NCBI GenBank assembly: GCA_963843845.1
Contig: CAWJMB010000002.1
Location: 768,001 to 832,000, forward strand
DNA from: an uncultured Gemmatimonadaceae bacterium
Lineage (GTDB): Bacteria; Gemmatimonadota; Gemmatimonadetes; Gemmatimonadales; Gemmatimonadaceae
Direction: 5' to 3'
Length of the DNA: 64,000 nucleotides
Positions 49,620 to 61,612 of the stretch are shown one piece after another. The notes under the pieces were generated by a model, which was not told the DNA's origin, did no database searches, and saw only the letters and a program-made list of their open reading frames with translations. The first letter of the stretch is position 1; every line of letters begins with the position of its first letter. The position numbers and the translations under genes are program-made.

Positions 49620-50363
49620 ATGCCGCTCTACGAGGAATTCGTGTCGTCCGGCCAGTGGCTCTTCCGCTGGCGGAGCTACCTGCCGCTCGCGCTCTACCCG
49701 CCGGTCGCGTTCGTCATGTGGACGCGCGCCCGCGCCGGACTCGTCCCCGCGCCGGACCACGCGTGGGATCTGTTCTGCGTCGCCATCTCGCTCCTCGGCG
49801 TCGTCGTCCGCGCGGTCGCGATCGGGTGCGCGCCCGCCGGAACGTCGGGGCGCAACACCGACAAGGGGCTCGAGGCGTCGACGGTCAACACGACCGGGAT
49901 GTACTCGGTCGTTCGCCACCCGCTCTACGTCGGCAACTTCCTCATGTGGCTCGGCGTCGCGCTGCTGCCGCGCTCGGCGTGGCTCGCCATCGTGATCTCG
50001 TTCGCGTTCTGGCTCTACTACGAGCGGATCATGTTCACCGAGGAGGAGTTCCTCCGCCGCCAGTTCGGCGAGCGCTACGAACAGTGGGCGCGCGCGACGC
50101 CGGCGTTCGTGCCGAAGCTGCGCGGGTGGCGATCGCCGTCACTGTCGTTCTCCGGCCGCAACGTGCTGCGCCGGGAGTACTCCGGCCTGTTCGGCCTCGT
50201 CGCGTCGTTCACGCTGCTCGACGCCGTGCGCGAGACGGCGGCCCGCGGCGCGGTCGCCATCGACCGCATGTGGGTCGGCATCTTCGGTGCGACGCTGCTG
50301 TTCTACGTCGCGACGCGGGCGCTGAAGAAGGGAACGCACGTGCTGCACGTCGAGGGGCGATGA
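49620..50363 (+). CDS. ICMT-family membrane methyltransferase, resembling lipid A phosphate methyltransferase LmtA
   Basis: [60 protein letters not shown]. Confidence 0.8.
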   Translation: MPLYEEFVSSGQWLFRWRSYLPLALYPPVAFVMWTRARAGLVPAPDHAWDLFCVAISLLGVVVRAVAIGCAPAGTSGRNTDKGLEASTVNTTGMYSVVRHPLYVGNFLMWLGVALLPRSAWLAIVISFAFWLYYERIMFTEEEFLRRQFGERYEQWARATPAFVPKLRGWRSPSLSFSGRNVLRREYSGLFGLVASFTLLDAVRETAARGAVAIDRMWVGIFGATLLFYVATRALKKGTHVLHVEGR

Positions 50364-50436
50364 CGACCGATCCATCCGGTCGCTCGCGGTGTATCGTACA
50401 GATCGTTTCGACCAGCCATCCATCGCCCAGGCTCTC

Positions 50437-51072
50437 ATGCGTCGCCTTGCCGCACTCGCCGCCGTCACGCTGACCTTCGGGGGCGCGATCGCCTCCTCCG
50501 CGCTCACGCCGCCGCGAGAGCTGCGCACTGCCGTCTTCGCCGGCGGCTGCTTCTGGGGCGTCGAGGCCGTGTTCGAGCACGTGAGGGGCGTCACCGACGC
50601 CGTCAGCGGCTACGCCGGCGGCGCCGGCGCGAACCCGGACTACGAGGCGGTGAGCGGCGGCGGCACGGGCCACGCCGAAGTCGTGCGCGTCACGTACGAC
50701 CCCGCGCAGGTGAGCTACGCCCAGCTCCTGCGCGTCTTCTTCTCGGTCGCGCACGATCCGACGCAGCTCAACTTCCAGGGCCCCGACCACGGCACGCAGT
50801 ACCGCTCGGCCATCTTCACGGCCGACGCGCAGCAGGCCACGGAAGCGACCGCGTACGTCGCGCAGCTCACGAAGGCGAGGACGTTCGACGCGCCGATCGT
50901 GACGCAGATCGTGCCGCTCAAGCAGTTCTACCCGGCCGAGGCCTATCACCAGGACTTCGCCGAGCGGAACCCGAGCTACCCGTACATCGTGATCCACGAC
51001 CGGCCGAAGGTCGAGGCGCTGCGCAAGCAGTTCCCGCAGCTCTACACGGAGAAGCGGCTGGCGACGCGCTAG
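50437..51072 (+). CDS. msrA: Peptide-methionine (S)-S-oxide reductase with signal peptide
   Basis: [45 protein letters not shown]. Confidence 0.95.
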   Translation: MRRLAALAAVTLTFGGAIASSALTPPRELRTAVFAGGCFWGVEAVFEHVRGVTDAVSGYAGGAGANPDYEAVSGGGTGHAEVVRVTYDPAQVSYAQLLRVFFSVAHDPTQLNFQGPDHGTQYRSAIFTADAQQATEATAYVAQLTKARTFDAPIVTQIVPLKQFYPAEAYHQDFAERNPSYPYIVIHDRPKVEALRKQFPQLYTEKRLATR

Positions 51073-52757
51073 CGCGTCGCCACCTTCGCCCAGCTGTCGC
51101 GCAGCGTCACCGTGCGGTTGAACACCAGCCGCGCGGCCGTCGAGTCGACCGGGTCGCTGACGAAGTACCCGGTGCGCTCGAACTGATAGCGCGTGCCCAA
51201 CGGATCGCCCGCCACGCTCGGCTCGACCTTGGCGTTCGGCACGGTCACGAGCGACTGCGGGTTCAGGAGCGACGTGAAGTCCTGGTCGTCGGGGATCGCA
51301 TCGAGATCGGGGACGGTGAACAGCGTGTCGTAGAGGCGCAGCTCGCAGTCGAGCGCGTGTGCGGCCGAGACCCAGTGAATCGTGCCCTGCACGCGGCGGC
51401 CGTCGGGCGCGTCGCCACCGCGTGTCGCCGGGTCGTACGTGCAGCGCAGCTCGATCACCTCGCCCGCGTCGTTCTTCACGACGTCCTGGCAGGTGACGAG
51501 GTAGCCGTAGCGCAGCCGCACCTCGCGCCCCGGCGCGAGACGGAAGAACTTCTTCGGCGGCTCCTCCATGAAGTCGTCGCGCTCGATCCACAGCTCGCGC
51601 GAGAACGGCACCGTCCGTGACCCCTCGAGCGGCACGTCGTGCGGATAGGAGGGCGCGTCGAGCAGATCGACCTGATCCTCGGGGTAGTTCGTCAGCACGA
51701 CCTTGAGCGGCTTCGTCACACACATGACGCGCGGCACCCGCATGTTCAGGTCGTCGCGCACGAAGTGCTCGAACGTCGCGAGCTCGGTGCTCGCCGGCTT
51801 CCTCGCGACGCCGATCGCCTCGGCGAAATTCTTCAGCGCCTCGGGGGTCACGCCACGACGGCGGAGGCCGGCGATCGTCGGCATCCGCGGGTCGTCCCAC
51901 CCGCTGACGTGCCCGTCGTTCACGAGCCGGAGCAGCTTCCGCTTGCTGAGCACCGTGTAGTCGAGCTTGAGGCGCGCGAACTCGATCTGCGTCGGCGGAT
52001 GGTCGGTGAATCCGACCTCGCGCACGAGCCAGTCGTAGATGTCGCGATTGTCCTTGAACTCGAGCGTGCAGAGGGATCGGGTGATCCCCTCGATGGCGTC
52101 CGACAGCCCGTGCGCGAAGTCGTAGAGCGGGTAGACGCACCACGCCGTGCCGCGCCGATAGTGCGGCGCGTTCCGGATGCGCAGCAGCAACGGGTCGCGC
52201 ATGATCATGTTCGGGTGCGCCATGTCGATCTTCGCGCGCAGCACGTGCGCCCCGTCCTCGAACTCGCCGGCTTTCATGCGGCGGAGCAGGTCGAGGTTCT
52301 CCGCCGGGCTCCGATCGCGATACGGCGAGTGCGTCCCCGCCGTCGTCACGGTGCCGCGCCCGGCGCGGATCTCCTCCTCGCTCTGCGAGTCGACGTACGC
52401 CTTCCCCCGCTCGACGAGCTGCTCCGCGAAGGCGTAGAGCTGCTCGAAGTAGTCGCTCGCGAACAGCACCGCGTCCGGCTCGAAGCCGAGCCACGCGATG
52501 TCCGCCTGCATCGCCTCGACGTATTTCACGTCCTCCGTGAACGGGTTCGTGTCGTCGAAGCGCAGGTTGCACCTCCCGCCGAACTCGCGCGCGAGCCCGA
52601 AGTTCAGCACGATCGACTTCACGTGCCCGATGTGCGGAAAGCCGTTCGGCTCGGGCGGGAAGCGCGTCGTGACGGGGCGGCCGAAGCGCCCCGTCTCGGC
52701 GTCGTCGGCGACGAGCTCGCGGATGAAGTTCGTGCGGGGCGTGGCGTCGTGAGACAC
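51069..52757 (-). CDS. glnS: Glutaminyl-tRNA synthetase
   Basis: [67 protein letters not shown]. Confidence 0.96.
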   Translation of the reverse strand: MSHDATPRTNFIRELVADDAETGRFGRPVTTRFPPEPNGFPHIGHVKSIVLNFGLAREFGGRCNLRFDDTNPFTEDVKYVEAMQADIAWLGFEPDAVLFASDYFEQLYAFAEQLVERGKAYVDSQSEEEIRAGRGTVTTAGTHSPYRDRSPAENLDLLRRMKAGEFEDGAHVLRAKIDMAHPNMIMRDPLLLRIRNAPHYRRGTAWCVYPLYDFAHGLSDAIEGITRSLCTLEFKDNRDIYDWLVREVGFTDHPPTQIEFARLKLDYTVLSKRKLLRLVNDGHVSGWDDPRMPTIAGLRRRGVTPEALKNFAEAIGVARKPASTELATFEHFVRDDLNMRVPRVMCVTKPLKVVLTNYPEDQVDLLDAPSYPHDVPLEGSRTVPFSRELWIERDDFMEEPPKKFFRLAPGREVRLRYGYLVTCQDVVKNDAGEVIELRCTYDPATRGGDAPDGRRVQGTIHWVSAAHALDCELRLYDTLFTVPDLDAIPDDQDFTSLLNPQSLVTVPNAKVEPSVAGDPLGTRYQFERTGYFVSDPVDSTAARLVFNRTVTLRDSWAKVATR

Positions 52758-52908
52758 GATGGAGAGCGGTACAGGTGAGTGGCGCGAAAAGTACAAGCGC
52801 ATCGCCGCGTTCGCCGAAGATCGCGTTGACGGCGGCGCCCGATCGCCGTACGTTCGCGCTTCCCGAAGCCGCGTTCCGTTCCACTCTCACGCCTCAGGTA
52901 TCTCACGT

Positions 52909-53547
52909 ATGGCAACAATGACTCTCCGCGGGATCGCGCGATCGGTAGCGCTCGTCGGCACGCTGACGCTCGCGACGGCCGCCCACGCACAGGAGTTCTT
53001 CTTCAACCGGGCGCAGTTCGTCGCGGCGCTCGCGACGACGCAGACGAACGACCTGAACGCGCTCGCGAACGGCTCGACCGTCATCCCGTTCGGCGCGCTC
53101 GGGACTGGCACGCTCACCGGCGCCACGGTCAGCGGCGGCCTCATCACCAAGCCAGGAGCGCCCTTCAGCCTCACGATCAACTTCTCGCAGCTGATCCGAG
53201 GCTTCGGCGCCGACTACGCGAACCTGGCGGCGGCGACGTCGGTCGGGGGGGAGGTCACCCTGTTCAACGGCGCGACGCAGGTCGGCAGCATCACGTTCGG
53301 GTCGACCCCCTCGCCGAGCACGTTCTTCGGATTCATCCCGAGCGGCGGTGCGTTCAACCGGGCCGTCGTCACTGACGCCGGCTCGATCAGAGTCGGCAAC
53401 GCATCCGTCGCGACGACGTTCGTGTCGATCGACAACCCGGTGATCGGTGTCCAGGCCACGGTGCCCGAGCCGGCCACGATCGCGCTGATGGCGACCGGGC
53501 TCCTCGCGGTCGGCGGTGTGGCGCGCCGGCGAGCGCGCACGAGCTGA
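52909..53547 (+). CDS. PEP-CTERM sorting domain protein
   Basis: Signal peptide ending AHA; C-terminal VPEPATIALMATGLLAVGGVARRR. Confidence 0.9.
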   Translation: MATMTLRGIARSVALVGTLTLATAAHAQEFFFNRAQFVAALATTQTNDLNALANGSTVIPFGALGTGTLTGATVSGGLITKPGAPFSLTINFSQLIRGFGADYANLAAATSVGGEVTLFNGATQVGSITFGSTPSPSTFFGFIPSGGAFNRAVVTDAGSIRVGNASVATTFVSIDNPVIGVQATVPEPATIALMATGLLAVGGVARRRARTS

Positions 53548-53577
53548 GAGCCGACCGCGGCGTCGCGCCGCACGACG

Positions 53578-53610
53578 ACGAGGGCCCCGCACGGGGCCCT
53601 CGTTGCGTTT
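53578..53610 (+). terminator. Probable intrinsic terminator
   Basis: ACGAGGGCCCCG-ca-CGGGGCCCTCGT then TGCGTTT. Confidence 0.55.
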
Positions 53611-53649
53611 GCGGGTGTGCGGTCCGGATACTTCGCTCGCCCGCCACGT

Positions 53650-53718
53650 GTCTCCGTCGTCTCCGTCGTCTCCGTCGTCTCCGTCGTCTCCGTCGTCTCC
53701 GTCGTCTCCGTCGTCTCC
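53650..53718. repeat. 9-bp tandem repeat GTCTCCGTC, about 7.7 copies
   Basis: Directly upstream of the M14 peptidase start. Confidence 0.95.
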
Positions 53719-53730
53719 TCGTTCGTGACC

Positions 53731-56417
53731 ATGCTGCCCACTCGTCTGCTGCTGCGCCCACTCGCGACCGCGTGCGCCGTCGTGAGCCTCGCGGCGGCTC
53801 CGGCCCGCGTCGCCGCCCAGCGCTCTGCGCTCCCCACCCCGGAGTCCGTCGTTCGGCTTCCGCGTCGGCGCCGACTACAAGCTCGATCGACTACGACGAG
53901 TCGATCGCCTACTTCCGGACGCTCGCCGCGGCGGCCAGCGACCGCATCCGGCTGCTCGACGTCGGCGTCACGTCGACCGGGCACCCGTGGACGCTCGCGG
54001 TCATCTCGTCGCCGGAGAACCTCGCGCGGCTCGAGCGGCTCCGCGCGATCGCGCAGCGCCTCGCGCATCCCGAGGGGCTCACCGACGCGCAGGCGCGCCG
54101 ACTCGCGCGCGAGGGCACGCGCCTTCGTCGACATCAGCGGCGGGCTGCACGCCATCGGAGATCGCCGGCTCGCAGCACACGATCCAGCTCGCCTACGACC
54201 TGCTGTCGCGCGCCGACGAGCCGCAGATCAAGACGATCCTCGACAACGTCGTGCTGCTGCTCTGGCCGTCGATCAATCCGGACGGCCAGAACATCGTCGT
54301 CGAACTGGTACCGACGAGAACGTCGGCACGCCGTACGAGACCGCGCCGCTGCACGAGCTGTATCAGAAGTACATCGGCCACGACAACAACCGCGACGCCT
54401 ACATGCTCAACGTGGTCGAGTCGCGCGTCGTGGCGCGCACGTGGCGGCACTGGGAGCCGCAGATCATCTACGTGCAGCACCAGACGTCGCCGTTCCCGAC
54501 GCGCATCTGGCTGCCGCCGTTCGCCGAGCCGATCGCGCCGCGCGTGCCGGCGCTGATGTCGCGCGAGGTGAACACGATCGGCATGACGCATCGCGCGCAG
54601 GCCTCGAGGAGCGACGGCCAGGTCGGCGCGACGCACATGGGCACCGGCTTCGACGCCTGGTATCCGGGCTACGTCGACTACATGCCGATGCTCCAGAACA
54701 TCGACGCGTTCTGGACCGAGACGGCGCTCTACCGTACGCGACGCCGCACCAGTACACGCATCGACGACTTCCCGCGCCGACATGCGCGACCTGCGCCCGC
54801 AGTCGCTCTACCCGAGCCCGTGGGCGCCGGGCTGGTGGCGGCTGCAAGGACGCGGTCGACTACATGCTGACGGCGTCGATCGCGGTGCTCGACTACGCGG
54901 CGAAGTACCGCGAGGACGCTGCTCTACAACCGCTACCAGGCGGGGCGGAACGCGATCGTGAATCCGCCACCGCCGGGTCCGCCGTACGCGTACGTGATCC
55001 CGCAGCGCAGCGCGATCCCGGCGCCGCCGGTCGAGCTGCTGCGCCGGCTGGCGTTCAACGGCGTGCGCGTGTCAGCCAGCTGACGCACGACCGGCCGTCG
55101 ACGGCACCGTACGTATCCGGCCGGCACGTGGGTCATCCCGATGAATCAGGAGTTCGCGCGAGCTCGTGCGCCAGCTGCTTCGAGGTGCAGGACTACCCCG
55201 ACCTGCGCGAGTACCCCGACGGCCCGCCCGAGCAGCCGTACGACGCGGCCGGCTGGACGCTGCCCTTCCAGATGGGCGTCGACGTCGTGACGGTGAACGG
55301 GCCGCTCTCCGACGCCTTCCGCGCCGCGCTGCGCCCCGTGCGTGGTCGCCCCACCGATCTCGCCGACCCGAACGCCCCGTTCACCACCGACTCGATCGCC
55401 GCCGGCATCGCACTCCCGGCCGGCACCGTCGCCGGCCGCGGCGACGCGCTGCTCGTCGACCCGACGGCGAACGACGCGTTCAAGCTCGTCAACCGCGCGC
55501 TCGCCGACGGCGGGAGCGTGGCGGCCATCCCGGCGACCGGCGGGCGCGGCGCGCGCTACGCGATCACCGGCGTTCCCGCCGCGCGCTACGACGCCCTCGT
55601 GCGGGAGCTCGGCCTCCGCGCCGAGCGAGTGCGTGCGGCCGCACTCGCGGCTGGCGCGACCCGCGTCGCGCGTCGCGTGGGCATCGTGAAGCCGTGGACG
55701 GCGAGCATGGACGTCGGCTGGACCGAGTGGCTGTTCGATCAGTACGGGGTACGCTATACCGCGCTCACGCCGAACGACGTGCAGAGCGGTGGACCGTCCG
55801 CCGGAGCAGGGAAGACGCTGAGCGACCGCTTCGACGTCATCCTCATCGCGTCGGACGCACCGCGCACGCTCACGAACGGCTTCCCCGCCGCTGCGATCCC
55901 CGCGCCCTACGCCGGAGGACTCGGCGACGGGGGGGCGCTGGCACTCGATGCGTTCGTCCGCGCCGGTGGAACGCTCGTCGCGCTCAATCGTGGCGCGAGC
56001 TACGCGATGAGCGCGCTGAAGCTCCCGGTCCGCGATGTGACCGCCGGTCTCGATCGGAAACAGTACTTCGCCAGCGGCTCGATCCTCGAGGTCACCACGA
56101 ACGCAGCGCACCCGGTGATGGCCGGCATGCCGGCGCAGGCGAACGTGTTCGTCGACGGAAGCCCGGCGTTCGCGCCGCTCGACGGGTTTCGGGGAACGAC
56201 GCTCGCGTCCTATGCGACGAGCGGATCGCCGCTCCGCTCCGGCTACCTCCTCGGCGAGCGGCACTTGCAGGGGCAGGCGGCGGCGCTCGACGTGCGTCAC
56301 GACCGCGGCCACGTCATCCTCGTCGGCTTTCGGCCGCAGTGGCGCGGCCAACCGATCGGTACGTTCCGCGTCGTACTGAACTCCGTCCTCTTCGCGCAAC
56401 CGGTCGCAGTGCAGTGA
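53731..56417 (+). CDS. M14 family zinc carboxypeptidase-like secreted protein, many indels
   Basis: Signal peptide; ISGGLH..E, PSINPDG, LYQKYIGHDNNRD, FDAWYPGY, PYDAAGWTLP, and GATase-like C-terminus GFRPQWRGQ. Confidence 0.88.
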
Positions 56418-56638
56418 AGGAGCGCTGCCGGTCGCCCCGATCCGCGCCGTGCCTCCCTCGCCGCGCGCCTGGCGGTGGCACCGCTGCGGCCTCGACGGCT
56501 CACGCGCGGGCCGCTCTCCGGCCCAGGCGCTCGAGCGCGCGGGTCGGGGCGTCGATCGACGCGTCGCGGCCGATGGCCTGAGCGCCGCGAGAGCGCCCAG
56601 GCCGACCCAGCCTGGTCCGCGTCGACCGCGCCCTGGCC

Positions 56639-57343
56639 TTACGCTCGACGCCGGCGCGCCACGGCCGCGAGCGACAGCAGCCCGCCGCCGAGCAGCATCC
56701 ACGTCGACGGCTCGGGCACCGCGTTGACGACGACCGACTGGCCGTTCACGCCGTAGCTGAAGTCGGACGTGATGAGATTCGCGTTGCCGCCGACGTTGCT
56801 CGCGTTCGCGCCGACGAGCCAGATCGCGGCGCCGTCGCTCGGGGCGTTCACGCTGTTCGTGCCCCTGGTCCGGTCGACACCGACGAACATGTTCTGGACG
56901 GGCGGGAAGCCGCCGAGATCGGCCCAGAGGCCCATCCAGTACGTTCCCGCAGTCAGCACGAAGGACGGCACGGCGACCGTGTACACATTGCCGCTCACCG
57001 AGTACCCGCCGAATCCGGTGTGCACGACCGTCCCGGTGCTCGAGCCTGCGACCATCCCCGTGCGGATCTCCCATCCGAGCGTCGCGGGAAATGGATTGAG
57101 GTTCGACGATGCCAGCGCGCCGAAGAGCGAGCTGACCGTCCACTGCGTTCCAGCGGCGACCGAGAAGTTGTCGAAGACGATCTGGTTGACCGCGTTGGAT
57201 GGGTTGTTGACGTAACTCGTATTCGAGAATGCGAAGTCGTCGCCGCCGTAGAACAGTTGGGCGTGCGCCGCCGACGGAGCGCCTGCGCCGAGCGCGAGCC
57301 CGACGGTGAGGGAGGCTACGAACGTGCGCGGATGGATGGTCAT
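56639..57343 (-). CDS. PEP-CTERM sorting domain protein
   Basis: Signal peptide ending AHA; C-terminal VPEPSTWMLLGGGLLSLAAVARRRR. Confidence 0.9.
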   Translation of the reverse strand: MTIHPRTFVASLTVGLALGAGAPSAAHAQLFYGGDDFAFSNTSYVNNPSNAVNQIVFDNFSVAAGTQWTVSSLFGALASSNLNPFPATLGWEIRTGMVAGSSTGTVVHTGFGGYSVSGNVYTVAVPSFVLTAGTYWMGLWADLGGFPPVQNMFVGVDRTRGTNSVNAPSDGAAIWLVGANASNVGGNANLITSDFSYGVNGQSVVVNAVPEPSTWMLLGGGLLSLAAVARRRRA

Positions 57344-57502
57344 GGGAACCGGTGTGAAGGGTCGTTCGGCGCGACTTCGCGAAGATGTCACTGCGGAGCG
57401 ATCGTGGCGGCCAGGGGTATGGAGAGGACCCGGATCGCAGCGCCGAGGTCGGCGACGCCCCGATCAGCAGATTCTGCCCCTACAGTGTGGACCTACTCGC
57501 AC

Positions 57503-58267
57503 ATGCGTAAATTCCTTCCCACGTGGCTCATCGCGATGGCACCGGCCGTCGTCGTGGCACAGCCACTCGCCACACCCCCCTCGGCCTCGGCGGCGTCGCT
57601 CGCTGCTCGACCGTTCAGGCCGGGTGAGCTGCTGACCTACGACGTTCACTTCGGCAAGCTGAAGGTCGGCACCGGCTCCATGGAGGTACGCGGCATCGAG
57701 AAGGTGCGCGGGCGCGACGCCTATCACACGATGTTTCGCGTGCAGGGCGGTATTCCGCTGTTCAGGGTCGACGACCGGTTCGAGAGCTGGTTCACGACAG
57801 ACGACCTCTCGTCGCTCCGGTTCTACAAGGACCAGGACGAGGGGTTCAAGGAGCGCGCGGTGCGCTACGACATCTTTCCGGAGCGCGCGACGTACGACGA
57901 GATCACCGACGACAAACCGGAGCAGAAGTCGATCTCGAATCCGCTCGACGACGGCTCGTTTCTGTACTTCATCCGCACCGTGCCGCTCGACGTCGGCCGG
58001 ACGTACCGCTTCGAGCGGTACTTCAAGCCCGACCGCAACCCGGTGACCATCACCGTCGTGCGCAGGGAGACGGTCACCGTCCCCGCGGGCACGTTCGAGG
58101 CGATCGTCATTCAGCCGACGATCAAGACTCCCGGCATCTTCGGCGAGGGGGGCCACGCCGAAGTCTGGCTCTCCGACGACGACCGGCGGCTCGTGCTGCA
58201 GGTCAAGTCGCAGCTCAAGATCGGGTCGCTCAACATGTACCTGAAGTCGGCGACGGCGGGGAAGTAG
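57503..58267 (+). CDS. DUF3108 domain exported protein
   Basis: PF.PGE.L.Y, LDDGSFLYFIR, E.V.VPAGTF, VWLSDD.RRL. Confidence 0.85.
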   Translation: MRKFLPTWLIAMAPAVVVAQPLATPPSASAASLAARPFRPGELLTYDVHFGKLKVGTGSMEVRGIEKVRGRDAYHTMFRVQGGIPLFRVDDRFESWFTTDDLSSLRFYKDQDEGFKERAVRYDIFPERATYDEITDDKPEQKSISNPLDDGSFLYFIRTVPLDVGRTYRFERYFKPDRNPVTITVVRRETVTVPAGTFEAIVIQPTIKTPGIFGEGGHAEVWLSDDDRRLVLQVKSQLKIGSLNMYLKSATAGK

Positions 58268-58333
58268 TCGCCGTTCCGCTCGACGGCGGTTGGACGGCGG
58301 TCGCACGGCGGTGATGCGGAGCCGAGCGAGTGG

Positions 58334-58387
58334 ACGAGAAACGGCGGTACCTTCGTGCTCAGCGCCGAAGGTACCGCCGTTTCTCGT
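58334..58387. terminator. 22-bp perfect inverted repeat, probable bidirectional terminator
   Basis: ACGAGAAACGGCGGTACCTTCG-N10-CGAAGGTACCGCCGTTTCTCGT between convergent genes. Confidence 0.7.
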
Positions 58388-58456
58388 TCGTCGTGGGTCA
58401 CACCAGATCGCCGCCGTCGAACCGCCGTTCGCCGGCGGGTGGAGTGGCGAGCGGTG

Positions 58457-59677
58457 TCACTCGTACCGCAGCGCGATGATCGGGTCGAGCGACGCCGCGC
58501 GCCGTGCCGGCCACACGCCGAAGATGATCCCCACCGCCGCCGAGAACACGAAGGCGAGCACGATCGACATCGGCGACACCTCCGTCTGCCACTTGAGCAG
58601 CGCCTTGAGTCCGACCGCGGTGCCCGTCCCCATCAGGATGCCGATGACCCCGCCGAGCGCGCAGAGCACGACGGCCTCGATGAGGAACTGCGCCAGGATC
58701 GTCTTCCGCGTCGCGCCGAGCGCCTTGCGCACGCCGACCTCGCGGGTGCGCTCGGTGACCGACACGAGCATGATGTTCATGATCCCGATGCCGCCGACGA
58801 GGAGCGAGACCATCGCGACGCCGGCGAGCAGGTAGGTGAAGACCTGGGTCGTCTCGGCCGCCGTGTTGAGGAAGTCGGCCTGGTTCCGGATCTGGAAGTC
58901 GTCCGGGCGGCCGACCGGGAGTCGATGCGCGCGGCGCATGATGGAGTTCGCCTCCTCCATGACCTCGTCGATCTTGTCCTCGCTCGGCGCGAGGAGGTTG
59001 ATCGAGCCGAGGTTCTCGGAGCCGAACAGGCGGAAGCGCGCCGTGCCTAACGGAATCACGACCTGGTCGTCGGGGTCGTTGAACCCCGTCGCGCCGCCTT
59101 TCGACGCGAACACACCGACGACCTCGAACGCGACGCCGTTGATGCGGATCTGCTGCCCGATGATCCCGGCCGGCGACGTGATCCCGAGGTTCGTCGCGGT
59201 CGTCGCGCCGAGGACGGCGACGCGCTTGCGACCGAGGTCATCGCTCTGCGCGAACATGCGTCCGGTGCCGACCGTGTACTTGCGCACGTCGGCGTAGTTC
59301 GCGGGCGAGCCGATGACGCGCGTGCTCGTGTTCGCCGTGATGTACTGGATCTGCTGGTTGCGCGACATCTCGGGCTGCACGGCGGTGAACTTCGTGCCCC
59401 GCGCCTCGAGCAGCTCGGCGTCGCGCACCTTGAGCTGCGCGCGGTCCGTCTGCGACGAGATGCCGCCGGTGAACACCTGGCCGGGCACGATCGTCACCAT
59501 CGTGGTGCCTAACGCCTGGATGCGCGCGTTGACCGCCGCCTTCGCGCCGTTGCCGAGCGCGAGCATCGCGATGACGGCGCCGACGCCGATGATGATCCCC
59601 AGCATCGTGAGGATCGACCGCATCTTGTTGACGCGCAGCGCTTCGAGCGCGACGCGGAGAATTTCGCCGAATGGCAT
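58457..59677 (-). CDS. MacB/FtsX-like ABC transporter permease
   Basis: RSILTMLGIIIGV, LLVGGIGIMNIMLVSVTERTREVG.RKALGA, PARRAASLDPI.ALRYE. Confidence 0.95.
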   Translation of the reverse strand: MPFGEILRVALEALRVNKMRSILTMLGIIIGVGAVIAMLALGNGAKAAVNARIQALGTTMVTIVPGQVFTGGISSQTDRAQLKVRDAELLEARGTKFTAVQPEMSRNQQIQYITANTSTRVIGSPANYADVRKYTVGTGRMFAQSDDLGRKRVAVLGATTATNLGITSPAGIIGQQIRINGVAFEVVGVFASKGGATGFNDPDDQVVIPLGTARFRLFGSENLGSINLLAPSEDKIDEVMEEANSIMRRAHRLPVGRPDDFQIRNQADFLNTAAETTQVFTYLLAGVAMVSLLVGGIGIMNIMLVSVTERTREVGVRKALGATRKTILAQFLIEAVVLCALGGVIGILMGTGTAVGLKALLKWQTEVSPMSIVLAFVFSAAVGIIFGVWPARRAASLDPIIALRYE

Positions 59678-59695
59678 GGTCGTGGCTCCTGTCGC

Positions 59696-61580
59696 TCAGC
59701 CGCCGCGCCCGCCGCCGCCGCCCGGGCCGCCACCGCCCGGCGGCCGACCGCCGCCGCCCGCCGCGCCGCCGCCCATCCCGGGGAGGCCGGAGTTGCTGCG
59801 CATCCGGTTCTGCTGGTTCACGCGATTCTGTGCCTGCACGGCGCCCGACACGAGCGCGACGCGCTCACCCTCGCGGAGGCCGGAGACGATCTCGACGTAG
59901 TCGAAGTTGCTGAGGCCGATCTGGACCATCCGCGCCTCGTAGGTCGTGCCGCTCTGGACGAACACGATGCCGCGCGTCGTCGCCGCGCGCCCACGCGTGC
60001 CGCCGCTGAACGCGCTCGGCAAGGCGCCCTGACCCTGGCCGACCGCAGCCGCGGATCCCTGCGCGCCGCCGGTGCCGCCGGTGCCGCCGGTGCCGCCCTG
60101 TCCGCGACCGCCCTGGCCGCCCTGGCCGCCTGGGATTCCCGCCGCGACAGCCGCGAATCGCGCGCGCGTCGACGCCGATCGTGTCGTAGAGCGCGCGCAT
60201 CGTCTCGCGCGCCGCCTGAAAGTCGAGCGCGCCGCTCCGCATCTGCGCGTTCAGCGAATCGAGGCGGGCGCGCTGCTTCGGGTGCGCGGCGAGCGCCTTG
60301 GTGACCGCCTCGCACTCCGCCGCCGTCGGCGCCGGGCCACCGCCGAAGCCGCCCTGACCGCCCTGACCGCCCGCGGCGCCAGCCGCACCACCGGTGCCGC
60401 CCGTGCCGCCGGTGCGGCCAGTGCCGCCATTCATGCCACCGCGGGTGCCACCAGCGTCGCCGCCCGCGCCAGCGCTCGCCGCGCCGCCGGAGGCGCCGCC
60501 GTCACGCTGGATCGCCACGCCCGCGCTCGCGCCGGTGTCGCCACCGGCCGGCCCGCCGCGGTTCTGCCCCTGCGACTGCATCGCCGCCCGCACCTTGCTG
60601 GTGTCGAGGCCGAGCGCCTGCGCCGCCGTGATCGCGTCGCGCGCCGGGCGCACCGCGTCGACCGGCACGGCGATGACGTCCTGCCGGTTGTCGACGAGGA
60701 TCGACACGTCGCTGTTCATCCCCGGCATCAGGGCGCCGTCGAAATTCTCGATGCGGATCTTCACCGGGAACATGGTCACGCTCTGCTGCACCGTCGCACG
60801 CGGCTCGATCTTCTCCACGACGCCGCGGAACGTGCGGTTCGGATACGCGTCGACCGTGATCGTCGCCGTCTGCCCCGGCTTCACCTTGCCGATGTCGCTC
60901 TCGTTGACGAGCGTCGAGTCGTAGACGGTCTGCAGATTCGCCAGCGTCAGCAGGATCGTTCCGCCGCTCGGCGAGTTCGTCGAGCTGGCGATGACCTGCC
61001 CGGGCGAGACGTTCGCCGAGATCACCGTGCCGTTCGACGGCGCCGTGATCGTGACGTCCTCGAGCGCGATCTGGGCGAGCTGCACCTGCACCTGCGCCGA
61101 CGTGATCTGCGACTGCGCATTCGCGTAGGCGATGCGCGCGCTCTCGAGCTCCGGCGCCGTGATGACGCCCTGCTTCGAGAGCGCCGTGTTGCGGTCGAAC
61201 TGCGCCTTCGTGACCGAGACGTTCGCACGCGCGGCCTCGAGCTGCGCGCGCGCCTGATCGTAGCGCTGCTGCGGGTCGCGCGGGTCGATGCGCACGAGCA
61301 GGTCGCCCGTCTTCACCTGAGCCCCGGTCTGCACCGGCATCGCCACGATCTGACCGGAGGCTTTCGAGCGCACGTCGACGGCGCCGATCGGCTGGATGAC
61401 GCCGGTCGCCTCGACGTCGACGACGACGTTCTGCCGCTCGACCGCCACCGTCTGGATCGTCACCGCCTCGGCCTTCTTGTTCGTGCAGGCGGCGAGGCCG
61501 GCGAGCGCCGCGATCGCGCCCACGGCGGTGAGCGCCGGAAGCGCACGAGTCTGTCGCATGAGGGGAAGCGTGGAAGGCAT
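59696..61580 (-). CDS. MacA-like periplasmic adaptor with Gly-rich insertion (indels near 60.0-60.2 kb)
   Basis: Lipobox LAAC, VRSKASG, ITAPSNGTV, ESDIGKVKPGQ, LMPGM; C-terminus VQIGLSN..EIVSGLREGE in another frame. Confidence 0.88.
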
Positions 61581-61612
61581 GGAATGAGTCGAAGACATCG
61601 ATCGGCGGGCCA

